Positions 20,336-29,665 of a DNA stretch of 64,000 nt are shown here, in pieces. Under the pieces are notes generated by a model. That model saw only the letters and a program-made list of their open reading frames with translations, was not told the DNA's origin and ran no database searches. A program made the position numbers and the translations under genes. How positions within the stretch are numbered: position 1 is the first letter of the stretch; every line of letters starts with the position of its first letter. Source of the DNA: an uncultured Candidatus Saccharibacteria bacterium (GTDB taxonomy: Bacteria; Patescibacteriota; Minisyncoccia; Phycocordibacterales; UBA918); assembly GCA_964502345.1 (NCBI GenBank), contig CAZCWH010000001.1, positions 167 to 64,166 of the forward strand. Reading direction: 5' to 3'.

Positions 20336-22123
20336 TTACGTGCTCGATGCGACTGTTTCCTGTGAGTCCAGAGTATCAGTAATTGGTTCAACGTACGGAG
20401 TAATAATTAGATCTTCAATATGCGCTACATCCTCCTCAAAGAGAGACTCAACTGAAGGGATAACGACATCTGAAATACTTGATGTGGCTCCATCAGTATC
20501 GAATTCAGTCTCAAGAATTACATCATCGGTCGATGTTGCAAAATGCGTAGGTGGGGGTATAACCACATCCACTAAAGTGCCTGTCTCCGTCGATGTCGCA
20601 TACGTATCATCGGTAGGATCAGGCTCTGGATTAGTTGACGTTGCTATTTTTGTTTTTACTTGAACGGGTGGTTGCACAAGTGCTCGTTCCTCACCAGTTT
20701 GCTCAGGATCTGGAATCTCTTGTGGTACAGATGTGGGAGAGGAATTAAGAGGCATGACCTCACCACTTTCAAGATCGTATCCTTTAGTCTCTACGTCACC
20801 GTTTTCATGCTTTGTATCATACACAAGCACAAAGCGAGGATTATCAACTGATGCTCCATCAGCATCCTCAATAATGCTTACCTGTTTCGTAATCCGATCA
20901 TAGACCTTTACACGCCATGCATTGTTATCAAATGCCTGCCAAATAATGTAGTTACCGTTTATACGTGGTGATACATCACTCGTGGTGTTATCAGTAATCA
21001 TACTGAGTTCACCTTTCTCTTCAAGCATTACTTCCCAATCACTGCCAACCCAACCCTGCCAAACTGTGATGTCACCATACCGAGAAGGCTCCATATTATT
21101 ATAGCGATCGCTCGTAAGTTGCGCTTCCTCTCCTGTCTCAACGTCATAAGAAATAATTTGGTACCGCTCATCTATGAGCCGGTGCCAAACAATTGTATTT
21201 GATACCTCGTCAAAGTAAGGAGCATCATCATCAAGCATATTAAAGGAAATTTGAATGAGTTCGCCATCTCGCTCAACGAAAATTTCTTTATCACCATCCT
21301 GATCTACTGCGGAAAATACTCTATCGGTTCCAAATACTGAAGGTGTCGTCGTTCCAGAAGAGCAGTAAAATGATCCGTCGCCTACACTCACACACTCATC
21401 TTTTGAAAAGGTGAATTTGCTAGCCTCATCAATCGCAAGGCTTATTGCAGTCGTATCTATCTGAACTACTTCTGGGGTTACAGTAGCAACCTCTGAAATG
21501 GGAGCTGTCTCAATATCTATAATATCCTCTGTACTTGATGCGGCAGGTGGTTGCACATCCTCTATAACAGGCGGGATACTTTCTGGAATTATTTCACCCG
21601 TAGTTGTGGCAGACTGATCATCTGATGTTGTTGTAGCTGTTTCTTCACTTTGAGAAATACCTTCGCTTTCAGGATTAGTAGAAGATGATGAGCTACTCAA
21701 TTCAACATCTTGCAGGACAGGCGCTTCTGTTTCCTCATCTTGAGAGATGTCTTCTAAAGTCGTACTAGCTTCACTCTCTTCAATATACTCAAGGCTTTCA
21801 ATGTTAGTTTCTTCTGTCGCGAGTTCGCTGTCAGGCAGTAAGTCATCAATAGCAGCAGTATCCTCATCACTAACTATTTCTTCTACTTTCGCACTTTCAG
21901 TAGTATCAGAAGAAATTTCAGCTTCAGTCACAGACTCAGATTCAACGCCTCCAGCATCTTCCTGAATGGAAGCTGTTTCTAGAGTATCCACTTCAGAAGC
22001 AAACGCAGGCGCCATCGGGAGAAGTACAAGTACACAGAAAAGGAAAGACGCCAAAAGGCGAGACATTTCATATAAAAATCCTCGCGTATTTTTCTTCGCT
22101 TCTTCTTTATGCGACCTGTTCAT
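20336..22123 (-). CDS. Secreted acidic low-complexity protein with a TolB-like beta-propeller region
   Basis: Signal peptide (AFA); E/S/T-rich N- and C-terminal regions; repeats of QIS/QLT...D..P....IVWQ. Confidence 0.8.
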   Translation of the reverse strand: MNRSHKEEAKKNTRGFLYEMSRLLASFLFCVLVLLPMAPAFASEVDTLETASIQEDAGGVESESVTEAEISSDTTESAKVEEIVSDEDTAAIDDLLPDSELATEETNIESLEYIEESEASTTLEDISQDEETEAPVLQDVELSSSSSSTNPESEGISQSEETATTTSDDQSATTTGEIIPESIPPVIEDVQPPAASSTEDIIDIETAPISEVATVTPEVVQIDTTAISLAIDEASKFTFSKDECVSVGDGSFYCSSGTTTPSVFGTDRVFSAVDQDGDKEIFVERDGELIQISFNMLDDDAPYFDEVSNTIVWHRLIDERYQIISYDVETGEEAQLTSDRYNNMEPSRYGDITVWQGWVGSDWEVMLEEKGELSMITDNTTSDVSPRINGNYIIWQAFDNNAWRVKVYDRITKQVSIIEDADGASVDNPRFVLVYDTKHENGDVETKGYDLESGEVMPLNSSPTSVPQEIPDPEQTGEERALVQPPVQVKTKIATSTNPEPDPTDDTYATSTETGTLVDVVIPPPTHFATSTDDVILETEFDTDGATSSISDVVIPSVESLFEEDVAHIEDLIITPYVEPITDTLDSQETVASST

Positions 22124-22255
22124 AGCTCTACGTTCAGGGGCGTAGAAATTGACCTAATACCCCTGATACCTGTAATGGTACCAGTATATACACTGCTTCT
22201 CCACAGTTTTATCAACAGAGTAAGTTAATCTCTTTACCAAGCACATCTACGGAGC

Positions 22256-22993
22256 TTACTTAATAAATGAGTCAGCTAGAAGTATTGAAAAATCCTTAAG
22301 CGTCATGCGCCCGTCTCCATTAAAATCAAAAATCTTACCTTTTGTGAACCATGCTGCCATAAAGGCAGAGATGTCTTTAAGGTCCACTTCCCCATTACCG
22401 TCGAGATCAGTCACGAAGGCAACCTCAGCAGTTCCAATAAGCTCACCATCTACACCCGTTATGTAGATTCTTGTCTCGTCGTCCTCAACGTCCGCGACAT
22501 CAACAAGTGTTCCTAATCCATCTCCCGCAACAAATGTAGCGTTATCGGTGGTCACCTTAGCAATACCTGATTCGAGTGCTTTTGCATTGATTCGAGCAAT
22601 CGTATGCTCTCCAATAAAACCCTTTCTAAATGTTCCTCCCCGCATATATATGCGCCCATCCTTTGCATAGGGTTTCTCTGTCCACAGTGTAATGACTGAG
22701 GTCCCCGTATCAACACTTTCGATGCTCATCTGTGATTCTGGATACTTTATGGTTATATCAACAGCATTTACCGGTGTATGTGCTGTTGCGCGTACTTCTA
22801 TGTAAAAATTCTCACCTTCGAGTACTGAAGACGGACTTGTGTGAATTGAAATATATGAAGTATTTTCTGTGATTACAGAAGCAAGGCTTGCAAAGAGTGC
22901 CGTGAGTACAACCAGTGGAAATGCATATCGAACAGTCTTACCAGTTGTAAGCGTATATGATGGAAACATCATTTTCCAAATCTTTTCAAACAT
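22256..22993 (-). CDS. Cohesin + dockerin double-domain protein
   Basis: Cohesin-like VNAVDITIKYP...SVITLWTEKP...GG...AGDGLGT; two EF-hand-like dockerin repeats DLDGNGEVDLKDIS and DFNGDGRMTLKDFS. Confidence 0.82.
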   Translation of the reverse strand: MFEKIWKMMFPSYTLTTGKTVRYAFPLVVLTALFASLASVITENTSYISIHTSPSSVLEGENFYIEVRATAHTPVNAVDITIKYPESQMSIESVDTGTSVITLWTEKPYAKDGRIYMRGGTFRKGFIGEHTIARINAKALESGIAKVTTDNATFVAGDGLGTLVDVADVEDDETRIYITGVDGELIGTAEVAFVTDLDGNGEVDLKDISAFMAAWFTKGKIFDFNGDGRMTLKDFSILLADSFIK

Positions 22994-22995
22994 AG

Positions 22996-23655
22996 TTACG
23001 TGCCAAGTTCAGCTCGTAAGTTATCAATCTGCTTATCAATAACGTTCAGTGTTTCTGATATGTTTTGTGCAGTACTTGCAAGCCCTTGCACGTTTTTACT
23101 TGATGTTTGCTCACCTTTTATAAGTGCGGTGATAATATCACCTTGTATAGTGGTAAGTTCTGTAAGATATGCACTTCGGTCTTTCTCAAGATCGATAATC
23201 TTCCCCCAGGTATCGAGATTATTGAACGAAACAGTTTTTGGGCTAATAACTTTAAGTAACGCAATACTTTCCTCTAATGATGCATACTCACGTTCGAGAC
23301 GCGACACCATGAGTGCCTTTCTTTCTGCATAGAAACTCCCGCAGCTTTCAAATAATTGTTGAACGATTATGAGATCCTTGTTTGTAAGTGACTCTAGGCG
23401 ACCCAAAAGGAGGTCAAATTCATTTCGTCTTGGACAGTCTTGAATAATTGCCCCAACGACACCATCTGCGCCATTCCAGTCTGTTGTATCAGCAAGTCCA
23501 ACCATGAGCTCGACTTGTGCATCAATGTTTTCTTGAATTTTTTGCACCACTTCTTCTTTTTGGTAATGTGCGACCCACGCACCGGCAGTAATTGCTCCTG
23601 CAATGATACAGAGGTGGATACTTATGAGTAAGTGCGAATTCAGAAAGGATTTCAT
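22996..23655 (-). CDS. Hypothetical membrane-anchored helical/coiled-coil protein
   Basis: N-terminal TM, a Cys pair and a heptad-like helical body; 2-4 nt spacing to its neighbours. Confidence 0.8.
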   Translation of the reverse strand: MKSFLNSHLLISIHLCIIAGAITAGAWVAHYQKEEVVQKIQENIDAQVELMVGLADTTDWNGADGVVGAIIQDCPRRNEFDLLLGRLESLTNKDLIIVQQLFESCGSFYAERKALMVSRLEREYASLEESIALLKVISPKTVSFNNLDTWGKIIDLEKDRSAYLTELTTIQGDIITALIKGEQTSSKNVQGLASTAQNISETLNVIDKQIDNLRAELGT

Positions 23656-23659
23656 GCTT

Positions 23660-25405
23660 CTATTGTACTATATGTTCGATATCTGATATTTCCTTTCGTA
23701 TCTTTGACCGTGCGTCAGCGAGATCTGTTTCAATTTGATCTATAAGAGTATTTTCTGCCTGTGTGAGCTTGCCTTTTCGTGACTCTTTCAGCTTTTCAAC
23801 ATTTTTGTGCATGTTGGTCATTACTTCGTCGAGCTCTATCTTCATTATACTCTCTACCTCAAGGGTTTCTTTCTCAACTTTTCGACGCCACACCGCAAGC
23901 CTGTGCCAGAGATACCAGCAACCAAAAATCAGTACAATAGAGAGTGAGATAAGCGGAACAAGTACAGAAAGCACCGTCACAACAAACGAACCAATTCGTA
24001 CGAATCCTGGTTCCTCAACTATAATTCTAATCGGATCTGAGACATCACTTGTTGCGCCGTGCATGTCTGTTGCAATTGCCGTTATGTCATACACACCAAT
24101 TTCAAATGGTGCGTCAGGGATGAATATGAATGCACCTCCCCCGTCGGATTTAAGTGTGTACGTTTTTGTAGCACCATCTGTTGGTGTCACTGACACCTCT
24201 ACCTGTGCGTCAGGACGTGTAGTACCCCTCAGTGCTGGGATTACTTCAGCGTTAATTCGTGATGGATACTCAGTAAAAAGTGGTTTCTCAAATGCTGTAA
24301 TATCAAATGAATATGTAGCAACTCGACTGTTACCTGCACCATCAAATGCTTCTACGATAAGTGTATGGTGTCCTGGCGCTATTGAAGGAAGCACGTACTT
24401 TCTCGTTTCTTCCTCATCTAGATATTCAAAAGGGTCAGTAGCATCAATCTGTATTTTGTATCGTGTTACAGGAGAAATATCTTCCACAGTAAACTGAAGT
24501 GTTCGCTTTGGATTTGATGGATCAAAATCAGTATCTTCTGAAACAGTAAATGCTGACGGCGCCTCACTATCTACCTGGATTTTAAAGTGGGTTACCCTAC
24601 CCCATCCCTCTGCATTTTTAAACTGAATATGGAAATACGATATGCCTTGTGGCAAATCCTCGAGTGTACGTGATCGAATGGGCTCGTCATATACGATGGT
24701 TGGTATTGTACTTGGAGCAGTGTCGAGTAATGTACGTACTGCAATAATTCCACTCGGTAGTTCCCAACTAAGCTCTGCAGCGTCATTCTTGTACCAGGTC
24801 TCCTGATTACCATGAGTCGTTGAAGTGACAACTGGAGCCTTTGGGGTATTGGCTGGTGCAATATACTCAGGCTCTGGATTACTCGTTACTGCAGAAATTG
24901 TATAGGAAGAACCAGTCATTGATGTCAGAACATTTGTTCCAAGTCCATCAGCTGCAAGCACTGAACCACTCTTAAAGGTGACTTTTGGATTACCTGCACC
25001 AAGAGGTCTAAACGTAATTGTTAAAATGTTCCCCGAGGCTCCGGTGTAACCCGTTGGTGATCCTCCTCCAAACGATATTGTGCCTAATGTATTTGAAAAA
25101 CTTGGCTCCTGTGTCCACAAATTAAAAATGGAACTCGCTCGAGAGACACTGACGACAGAAAGCTCCTTTGGGTTATAAGAAAGCTGACCATCTGCAGCAT
25201 TGACTGCTTTGTTTTGAGTATTAATGATCACATTTGCGGTAAATGTCCCTCCAACGGTATACACTCCCGTATCTGGACTCACACGAAGTGTTGCAGCATG
25301 TGCCGACTGTGTCATACAGATATACAACACACTCAAGAGACCAACGATGATGATCGTTCGTAAAAATACTATTCCTATACTATTCGATTTCAACATTGTC
25401 TTCAT
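23660..25405 (-). CDS. Cohesin-domain protein with Ig/FN3-like domains, TM and cytoplasmic coiled coil
   Basis: ATLRVSP...VNAADGQLSYNP...SIFNLWTQEPSFSN..GTISFGGG...VLAADGLGT; TM near the C-terminus; tail ...KIRKEISDIE. Confidence 0.85.
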   Translation of the reverse strand: MKTMLKSNSIGIVFLRTIIIVGLLSVLYICMTQSAHAATLRVSPDTGVYTVGGTFTANVIINTQNKAVNAADGQLSYNPKELSVVSVSRASSIFNLWTQEPSFSNTLGTISFGGGSPTGYTGASGNILTITFRPLGAGNPKVTFKSGSVLAADGLGTNVLTSMTGSSYTISAVTSNPEPEYIAPANTPKAPVVTSTTHGNQETWYKNDAAELSWELPSGIIAVRTLLDTAPSTIPTIVYDEPIRSRTLEDLPQGISYFHIQFKNAEGWGRVTHFKIQVDSEAPSAFTVSEDTDFDPSNPKRTLQFTVEDISPVTRYKIQIDATDPFEYLDEEETRKYVLPSIAPGHHTLIVEAFDGAGNSRVATYSFDITAFEKPLFTEYPSRINAEVIPALRGTTRPDAQVEVSVTPTDGATKTYTLKSDGGGAFIFIPDAPFEIGVYDITAIATDMHGATSDVSDPIRIIVEEPGFVRIGSFVVTVLSVLVPLISLSIVLIFGCWYLWHRLAVWRRKVEKETLEVESIMKIELDEVMTNMHKNVEKLKESRKGKLTQAENTLIDQIETDLADARSKIRKEISDIEHIVQ

Positions 25406-26417
25406 AGAGTGCTAACAGTTTTTGCTTGCGTCGCCAGAGCATGTATACAATAAGCCCACACACAACGATTACGAGCGTCCCCACAACAACCCACGTAATA
25501 ATTGTGCCCAAGGTTAATGTACGCATTGCCTCTGCAGGAACGAGGACCGCAACAGTTTCATTTCCTGCCTTATCAATTGCTTTGACACGTATTGTGCTAT
25601 TAAGTGTTTGATCAGTTAGGACATATGGGCTTTCAGTTGTCACCCATGGCGCATCAGCTCTCCCCCACCTAAATGCATAGAAATCTTCAAAGGGTTCTTC
25701 CATTACTTCATAGTGGTCGATTCCTGATTGTTTATCATGACTATTAAAGGATATGAAGTAGCGTCCACTAAACGCGAAATCATCTTTGAAAAGACTTATT
25801 AAAAAATCTGATGGCTTAGTGGTGTCCGTCTGGACACGATTTTTCCAGTCGTCTTCAGTTGTTTCACCTGCAGTGCCAAGTAGTGTGATTATGGCTCCCT
25901 GTGTACGTAGTGAAGCTGGAGTGCCGAAACCATCATGAATAAGCACTTGCGATGTCTCGTCAACCCAAATATTAGCTGTGGGTGCATCTCCAGCTCCGAT
26001 ACTAAAACCAGGTGACCGGAAGACAAGTTCTGCAATTATATTCGTGAGACTCGGATCACCAGCAATTCTTCCACAGTATCCACCAGGCAAGCCTCCTGCG
26101 AGTGTAATCGTGTGATTTTCTTCATCAATCTTAGGGTCCTCGAGCCAAATATTGAGAATTGAATCACCGCGCGATACATCAACGGCTCTGATGGCTGAAT
26201 CATACTTAATTACAGCATCGACTGCATTGATACATTCCCCTTCATCTGTATCAATTCTTAAACCGACCGTCACAGTATCACCTCGATTTAAATTTATTTC
26301 TCCTGGATCAAAATATAGAAGTGCAGCTTGTGTATGCACACATAACACCAAAAACAGTAGTGAAGAAAATAAAAAATAGGCGAAACCTCGCACGACATGC
26401 TGAATGGCGCTGTGCAT
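25380..26417 (-). CDS. Cohesin-domain protein with C-terminal TM anchor
   Basis: LYFDP...INAVDAVIKYD...SILNIWLEDP...LAGGLPGG...HDGFGT; DKQSGIDHYEV...VKAIDKAGN; TM plus RRK. Start moved to ATG 26417. Confidence 0.85.
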   Translation of the reverse strand: MHSAIQHVVRGFAYFLFSSLLFLVLCVHTQAALLYFDPGEINLNRGDTVTVGLRIDTDEGECINAVDAVIKYDSAIRAVDVSRGDSILNIWLEDPKIDEENHTITLAGGLPGGYCGRIAGDPSLTNIIAELVFRSPGFSIGAGDAPTANIWVDETSQVLIHDGFGTPASLRTQGAIITLLGTAGETTEDDWKNRVQTDTTKPSDFLISLFKDDFAFSGRYFISFNSHDKQSGIDHYEVMEEPFEDFYAFRWGRADAPWVTTESPYVLTDQTLNSTIRVKAIDKAGNETVAVLVPAEAMRTLTLGTIITWVVVGTLVIVVCGLIVYMLWRRKQKLLALYEDNVEIE

Positions 26418-26517
26418 ATGTACGTATAGTATAACAGTCACTATAGTCTGACATAGCCCCACTACCCACATAAAAAACCCATCTCGCTCTAAAGTGACCC
26501 AATGTCACTTTAGAGGA

Positions 26518-26803
26518 GGTTCTCGATAGTTTAATCCGCCTGAGGGCGGAGAGAACTATCATAGAACCAGAACAGCTTCTGTAAGAAGGTGGCTAGCCAC
26601 CACGAGCTTGGCTTTTCTTTTGAGCAAATCCATTTGCTCAAAAGAAAAACCCGTCTCGTGGTGCGACCCAATTTCTAAGGAGCGAAGCGACTATAGAAAT
26701 GGAAGTACTCCTAGATCAGCTCCGAACATCGCAGAATTCAAACATAGTGTAGCGGGTGGGATAAAAGAAAAACCCGTCTCGTGGTGGGAGATAGGGTTTT
26801 TCT
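26518..26803. repeat. Array of four hairpins with a 24-bp direct repeat; the last is the terminator of the 378-aa gene
   Basis: Inverted repeats at 26518-26568, 26598-26663, 26668-26702 (GAGCGAAGCGAC loop) and 26766-26803. AAAAGAAAAACCCGTCTCGTGGTG occurs at 26640 and 26763. Confidence 0.85.
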
Positions 26804-26826
26804 AAACTCTTGTACTGTTGCTTGTT

Positions 26827-27963
26827 TTAGAACGTCGGTGTCGCAATGTAGCGAAGCTCCGTCGTATAGTCGTCGCCTGCTTCTTGGAGCGCCGAGATCT
26901 GAATCTGGTACCCGATGCGTGCGGCGCCTATTCCGGCAGTCACACCATCTGCTGGTCCCGTATGACCCATAACCACTATAGGTGTCGTGCTACCTGATAC
27001 CCATTCATCTGAACCAAACTCTTCTGGTGCAGAACGTGAAGTTGTAGCGTCAGTTGAGGTTAGACCCCAATGACCGTAGGTAGCGATGTCAGCAACAAGA
27101 GCACTTGGCCCTTGCCACGCAGTTGGTGTTTGCGTGTAGGCTCCATCGATGAATCCATCGATTATTCCGCCTGTTGTTGATTCGAGATCACCTGTTTGTT
27201 CTACTGTTACCGTGTAGCCGTGTAGGGCGTTTGTGGTAACAGAAAGATCTTGAGCAAGTGTTTTTGACGTATTGATTTCGAGTGTACCGAACGGTAGCGC
27301 TACATTAGTTGAAGTTGCTGCAGTCGTTGTTGGGCTCCCGTTCACGGTTGAGCTGGCTCCGACGCCAGTGACTGTGAATGTGAGCGAAGCATTGACGCTT
27401 GCAGATACCGTTACTTCATCAATGATAGCGACCCGAACTTGCCCTGAATCGGGCATGGTTCCACCGATTTCAATAAGATGCGATGTCGTTGTTGCAGTCG
27501 GGTTTGAGATCTGAGCATCCCCTCCTCCAAATAGACCAATCTCAATTACGAGTGGTGTACTTGATGCCTGCGGTACGTTACTCGGTGATGTGAGTGTTAG
27601 TACCTGAGCATTGAAGTAGGCTCCCCACACTCCACTTCCATTTACTGCCGCTACTGTTTGTGGAGTAGCTGATGCAGTGATGTCGATATCATCGAATGCC
27701 ATTGCTGGTATCGTGAAATCTACAGGAAATGTAATGGTGATCGTTGAACTTGCGAGCATACCAGTTGGCGTTGTAAACGCAATGGTGTGGTCGGAAGGCA
27801 ACCCTGGTGCAGAACTAGACAACGTATCACTTGCAAAAGTGATTGATGCAGCTTCCGCGGTGCGGAAGATGGTTGGAAGACCTGTACTCCAAAGGAATAC
27901 AGCGATACCAACAATCATTGCAACAGCCTGAAGAGTTCGCACGGTACTTGCCGTGTGAATCAT
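26827..27963 (-). CDS. Secreted two-domain protein with C-terminal WxL/pilin-like domain; candidate major subunit
   Basis: Signal peptide (AEA). C-terminal domain LTFTV.GV...LPFG...VTTNA.GY...AGDDYTTELRYIATPTF is homologous to the C-terminus of the 2471-aa protein. Confidence 0.82.
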   Translation of the reverse strand: MIHTASTVRTLQAVAMIVGIAVFLWSTGLPTIFRTAEAASITFASDTLSSSAPGLPSDHTIAFTTPTGMLASSTITITFPVDFTIPAMAFDDIDITASATPQTVAAVNGSGVWGAYFNAQVLTLTSPSNVPQASSTPLVIEIGLFGGGDAQISNPTATTTSHLIEIGGTMPDSGQVRVAIIDEVTVSASVNASLTFTVTGVGASSTVNGSPTTTAATSTNVALPFGTLEINTSKTLAQDLSVTTNALHGYTVTVEQTGDLESTTGGIIDGFIDGAYTQTPTAWQGPSALVADIATYGHWGLTSTDATTSRSAPEEFGSDEWVSGSTTPIVVMGHTGPADGVTAGIGAARIGYQIQISALQEAGDDYTTELRYIATPTF

Positions 27964-28302
27964 AGGCTTTACGTTGTATTAACTACAGTATGTCGACTCT
28001 AATAATGAGCGGTTTGTATTGTTGTGCTCTTTCAACAATATTTACCTAGTAACCATGAGAGTCTCCACCCCTCTTTGATTCACTTTCGAACATACTACAC
28101 TCACCTCGACAACGCTCGGCTGTAAGCATTGGTACAGGATATTAATCCTAATACAAGTATTTCCTTCTCACATGTATGAAGTAAATACCTCGAAATGACT
28201 GTAAGTTCATTGTAACGTGAAGTTTTTTTATGAGCGGTTACTTATACACAAAATGGAGTAAAAATTCTTGTCACGGTAAATTTTTCACAAACCGCCAGCC
28301 TC

Positions 28303-28536
28303 CCTTGTACTCAAGGACTAAAAAGGCACCCCGTGTAATTGCAACTTATTTAACTAACTTGAGTTCCTTTCATCGCTTTTTCTTCATTGAAAAAGAAAAA
28401 GCGACGAACTCAGAAAATATCGGCCAGTTGCTTATGTCCAAATTGAAAGTTGGAGCAGGGCGTCTCCACAAAGCATCAGGAAAAGCATTGTGGAGACGGA
28501 CTCCTAAAGTATTGTCGCTGCGCTCTGTACTTTAGG
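28303..28536. repeat. Intergenic hairpin array downstream of the 374-aa dockerin gene
   Basis: Inverted repeats at 28360-28412, 28461-28498 (loop AGCATCAGGAAAAGCA) and 28503-28536 (loop GAGCGCAGCGAC on the minus strand). 28311-28335 resembles 61021-61046. Confidence 0.75.
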
Positions 28537-28537
28537 G

Positions 28538-29662
28538 TCACCCGGTCCAGTTGAAGAGAAGGATTGAGAAGTCTTCGAGACTGACTCGACCATTTTGATT
28601 AATGTCTGCTGGAGGATTCGAGTTTCCACCTGGCGTATTCCACCAAAAAATCAGGATTGAAAAGTCGATTAGATTTACCTTCCCGTCACGATTGAGATCC
28701 GAGTTACTCGTCGGCCTCCCCTCAACTCCTACAAATAGTGACAGTGCCGTACCATAGGTACTTTCTGTTTTGAGGTTGCCTGTTCCTTCAATGAATCGTG
28801 CCTTTGCGGTGTGTGTATCTGCGGTGACGCTCGATGTATTGAAATCAACACTCCAATTTCCATTCGCGTCTGATGTTGTCCTCAGAGTTTGCTTTCCATT
28901 ATCAATTGATACTTCAACTGCAACACTTGGAACTGTTTGCCCACGCAAAATTATTGTCTCACCGGGATTAGGAGCATTATTGGAAGCACGTATAGTTGGT
29001 GGAATTAGCACACCGTTTACGTTTGTCACTGCACCCTGCGTTATATCAAACGTAGTACTGAATGTTGCAGATCGTGTCCCCGCAGTATCATTTGCCCAAA
29101 AGCTAAGTGATGCTGTACCAGGTTCAGTATCTGTATTAAATAAAAATTCTCCCCTACTATTTGTACGCACAGTCCCCACTGACTCACCATCAATTAAAAT
29201 AGTAACGGTGACATTCGGATACGCTTTCCCCTGCACAGTCACTTGCGTATCGCCAAGTTCGGTATCTCGTCCTCCTGACCCTGAATTTCCACCACCACCG
29301 GTCGATCCTCCTCCTGCATCTGCTTCTTCTTCTGTACAGTCTGCTGCACAAAAATCACCATCGGTATTGTTACCATCATCACACTCCTCTGAATAAATCG
29401 TTTGTAAAATAGCATCACCACAATATGGTGCCCACCTACAAATATCAGTGCACTGTCTTCCTGCGATTGTTGTGCTGTATTCCCCAGTATCTGTTGGGAT
29501 ATCACAGCTTTCTCCTGCATTGACAATAAGGTCACCACAAATACTAATGAGTAGCGAAGTCGTCGCAATACTTGATTGAGACGAAGCAACAAGAGGAACA
29601 AACATGGTGAGCAAACCACATATGCTTAGAATGAAATGATACGCAGGTCGTTTAGCGTACAT
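28538..29662 (-). CDS. Secreted dockerin protein with Myxococcus-type Cys-rich repeats (DUF4215-like) and two Ig-like domains
   Basis: CGDLIVNAGESCD and CGDAILQTIYSEECDDGN; Gly linker; GKAYP...; C-terminal DLNRDGKVNLIDFS...DINQNGRVSLEDFSILLFNWTG. Confidence 0.87.
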   Translation of the reverse strand: MYAKRPAYHFILSICGLLTMFVPLVASSQSSIATTSLLISICGDLIVNAGESCDIPTDTGEYSTTIAGRQCTDICRWAPYCGDAILQTIYSEECDDGNNTDGDFCAADCTEEEADAGGGSTGGGGNSGSGGRDTELGDTQVTVQGKAYPNVTVTILIDGESVGTVRTNSRGEFLFNTDTEPGTASLSFWANDTAGTRSATFSTTFDITQGAVTNVNGVLIPPTIRASNNAPNPGETIILRGQTVPSVAVEVSIDNGKQTLRTTSDANGNWSVDFNTSSVTADTHTAKARFIEGTGNLKTESTYGTALSLFVGVEGRPTSNSDLNRDGKVNLIDFSILIFWWNTPGGNSNPPADINQNGRVSLEDFSILLFNWTG

Positions 29663-29665
29663 ATG

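Noticed and set aside
20316-20340. Frameshift splitting one larger gene into the 595-aa and 2471-aa ORFs
   Set aside because: The downstream ORF has its own signal peptide, and 4-nt spacing is normal for an operon.
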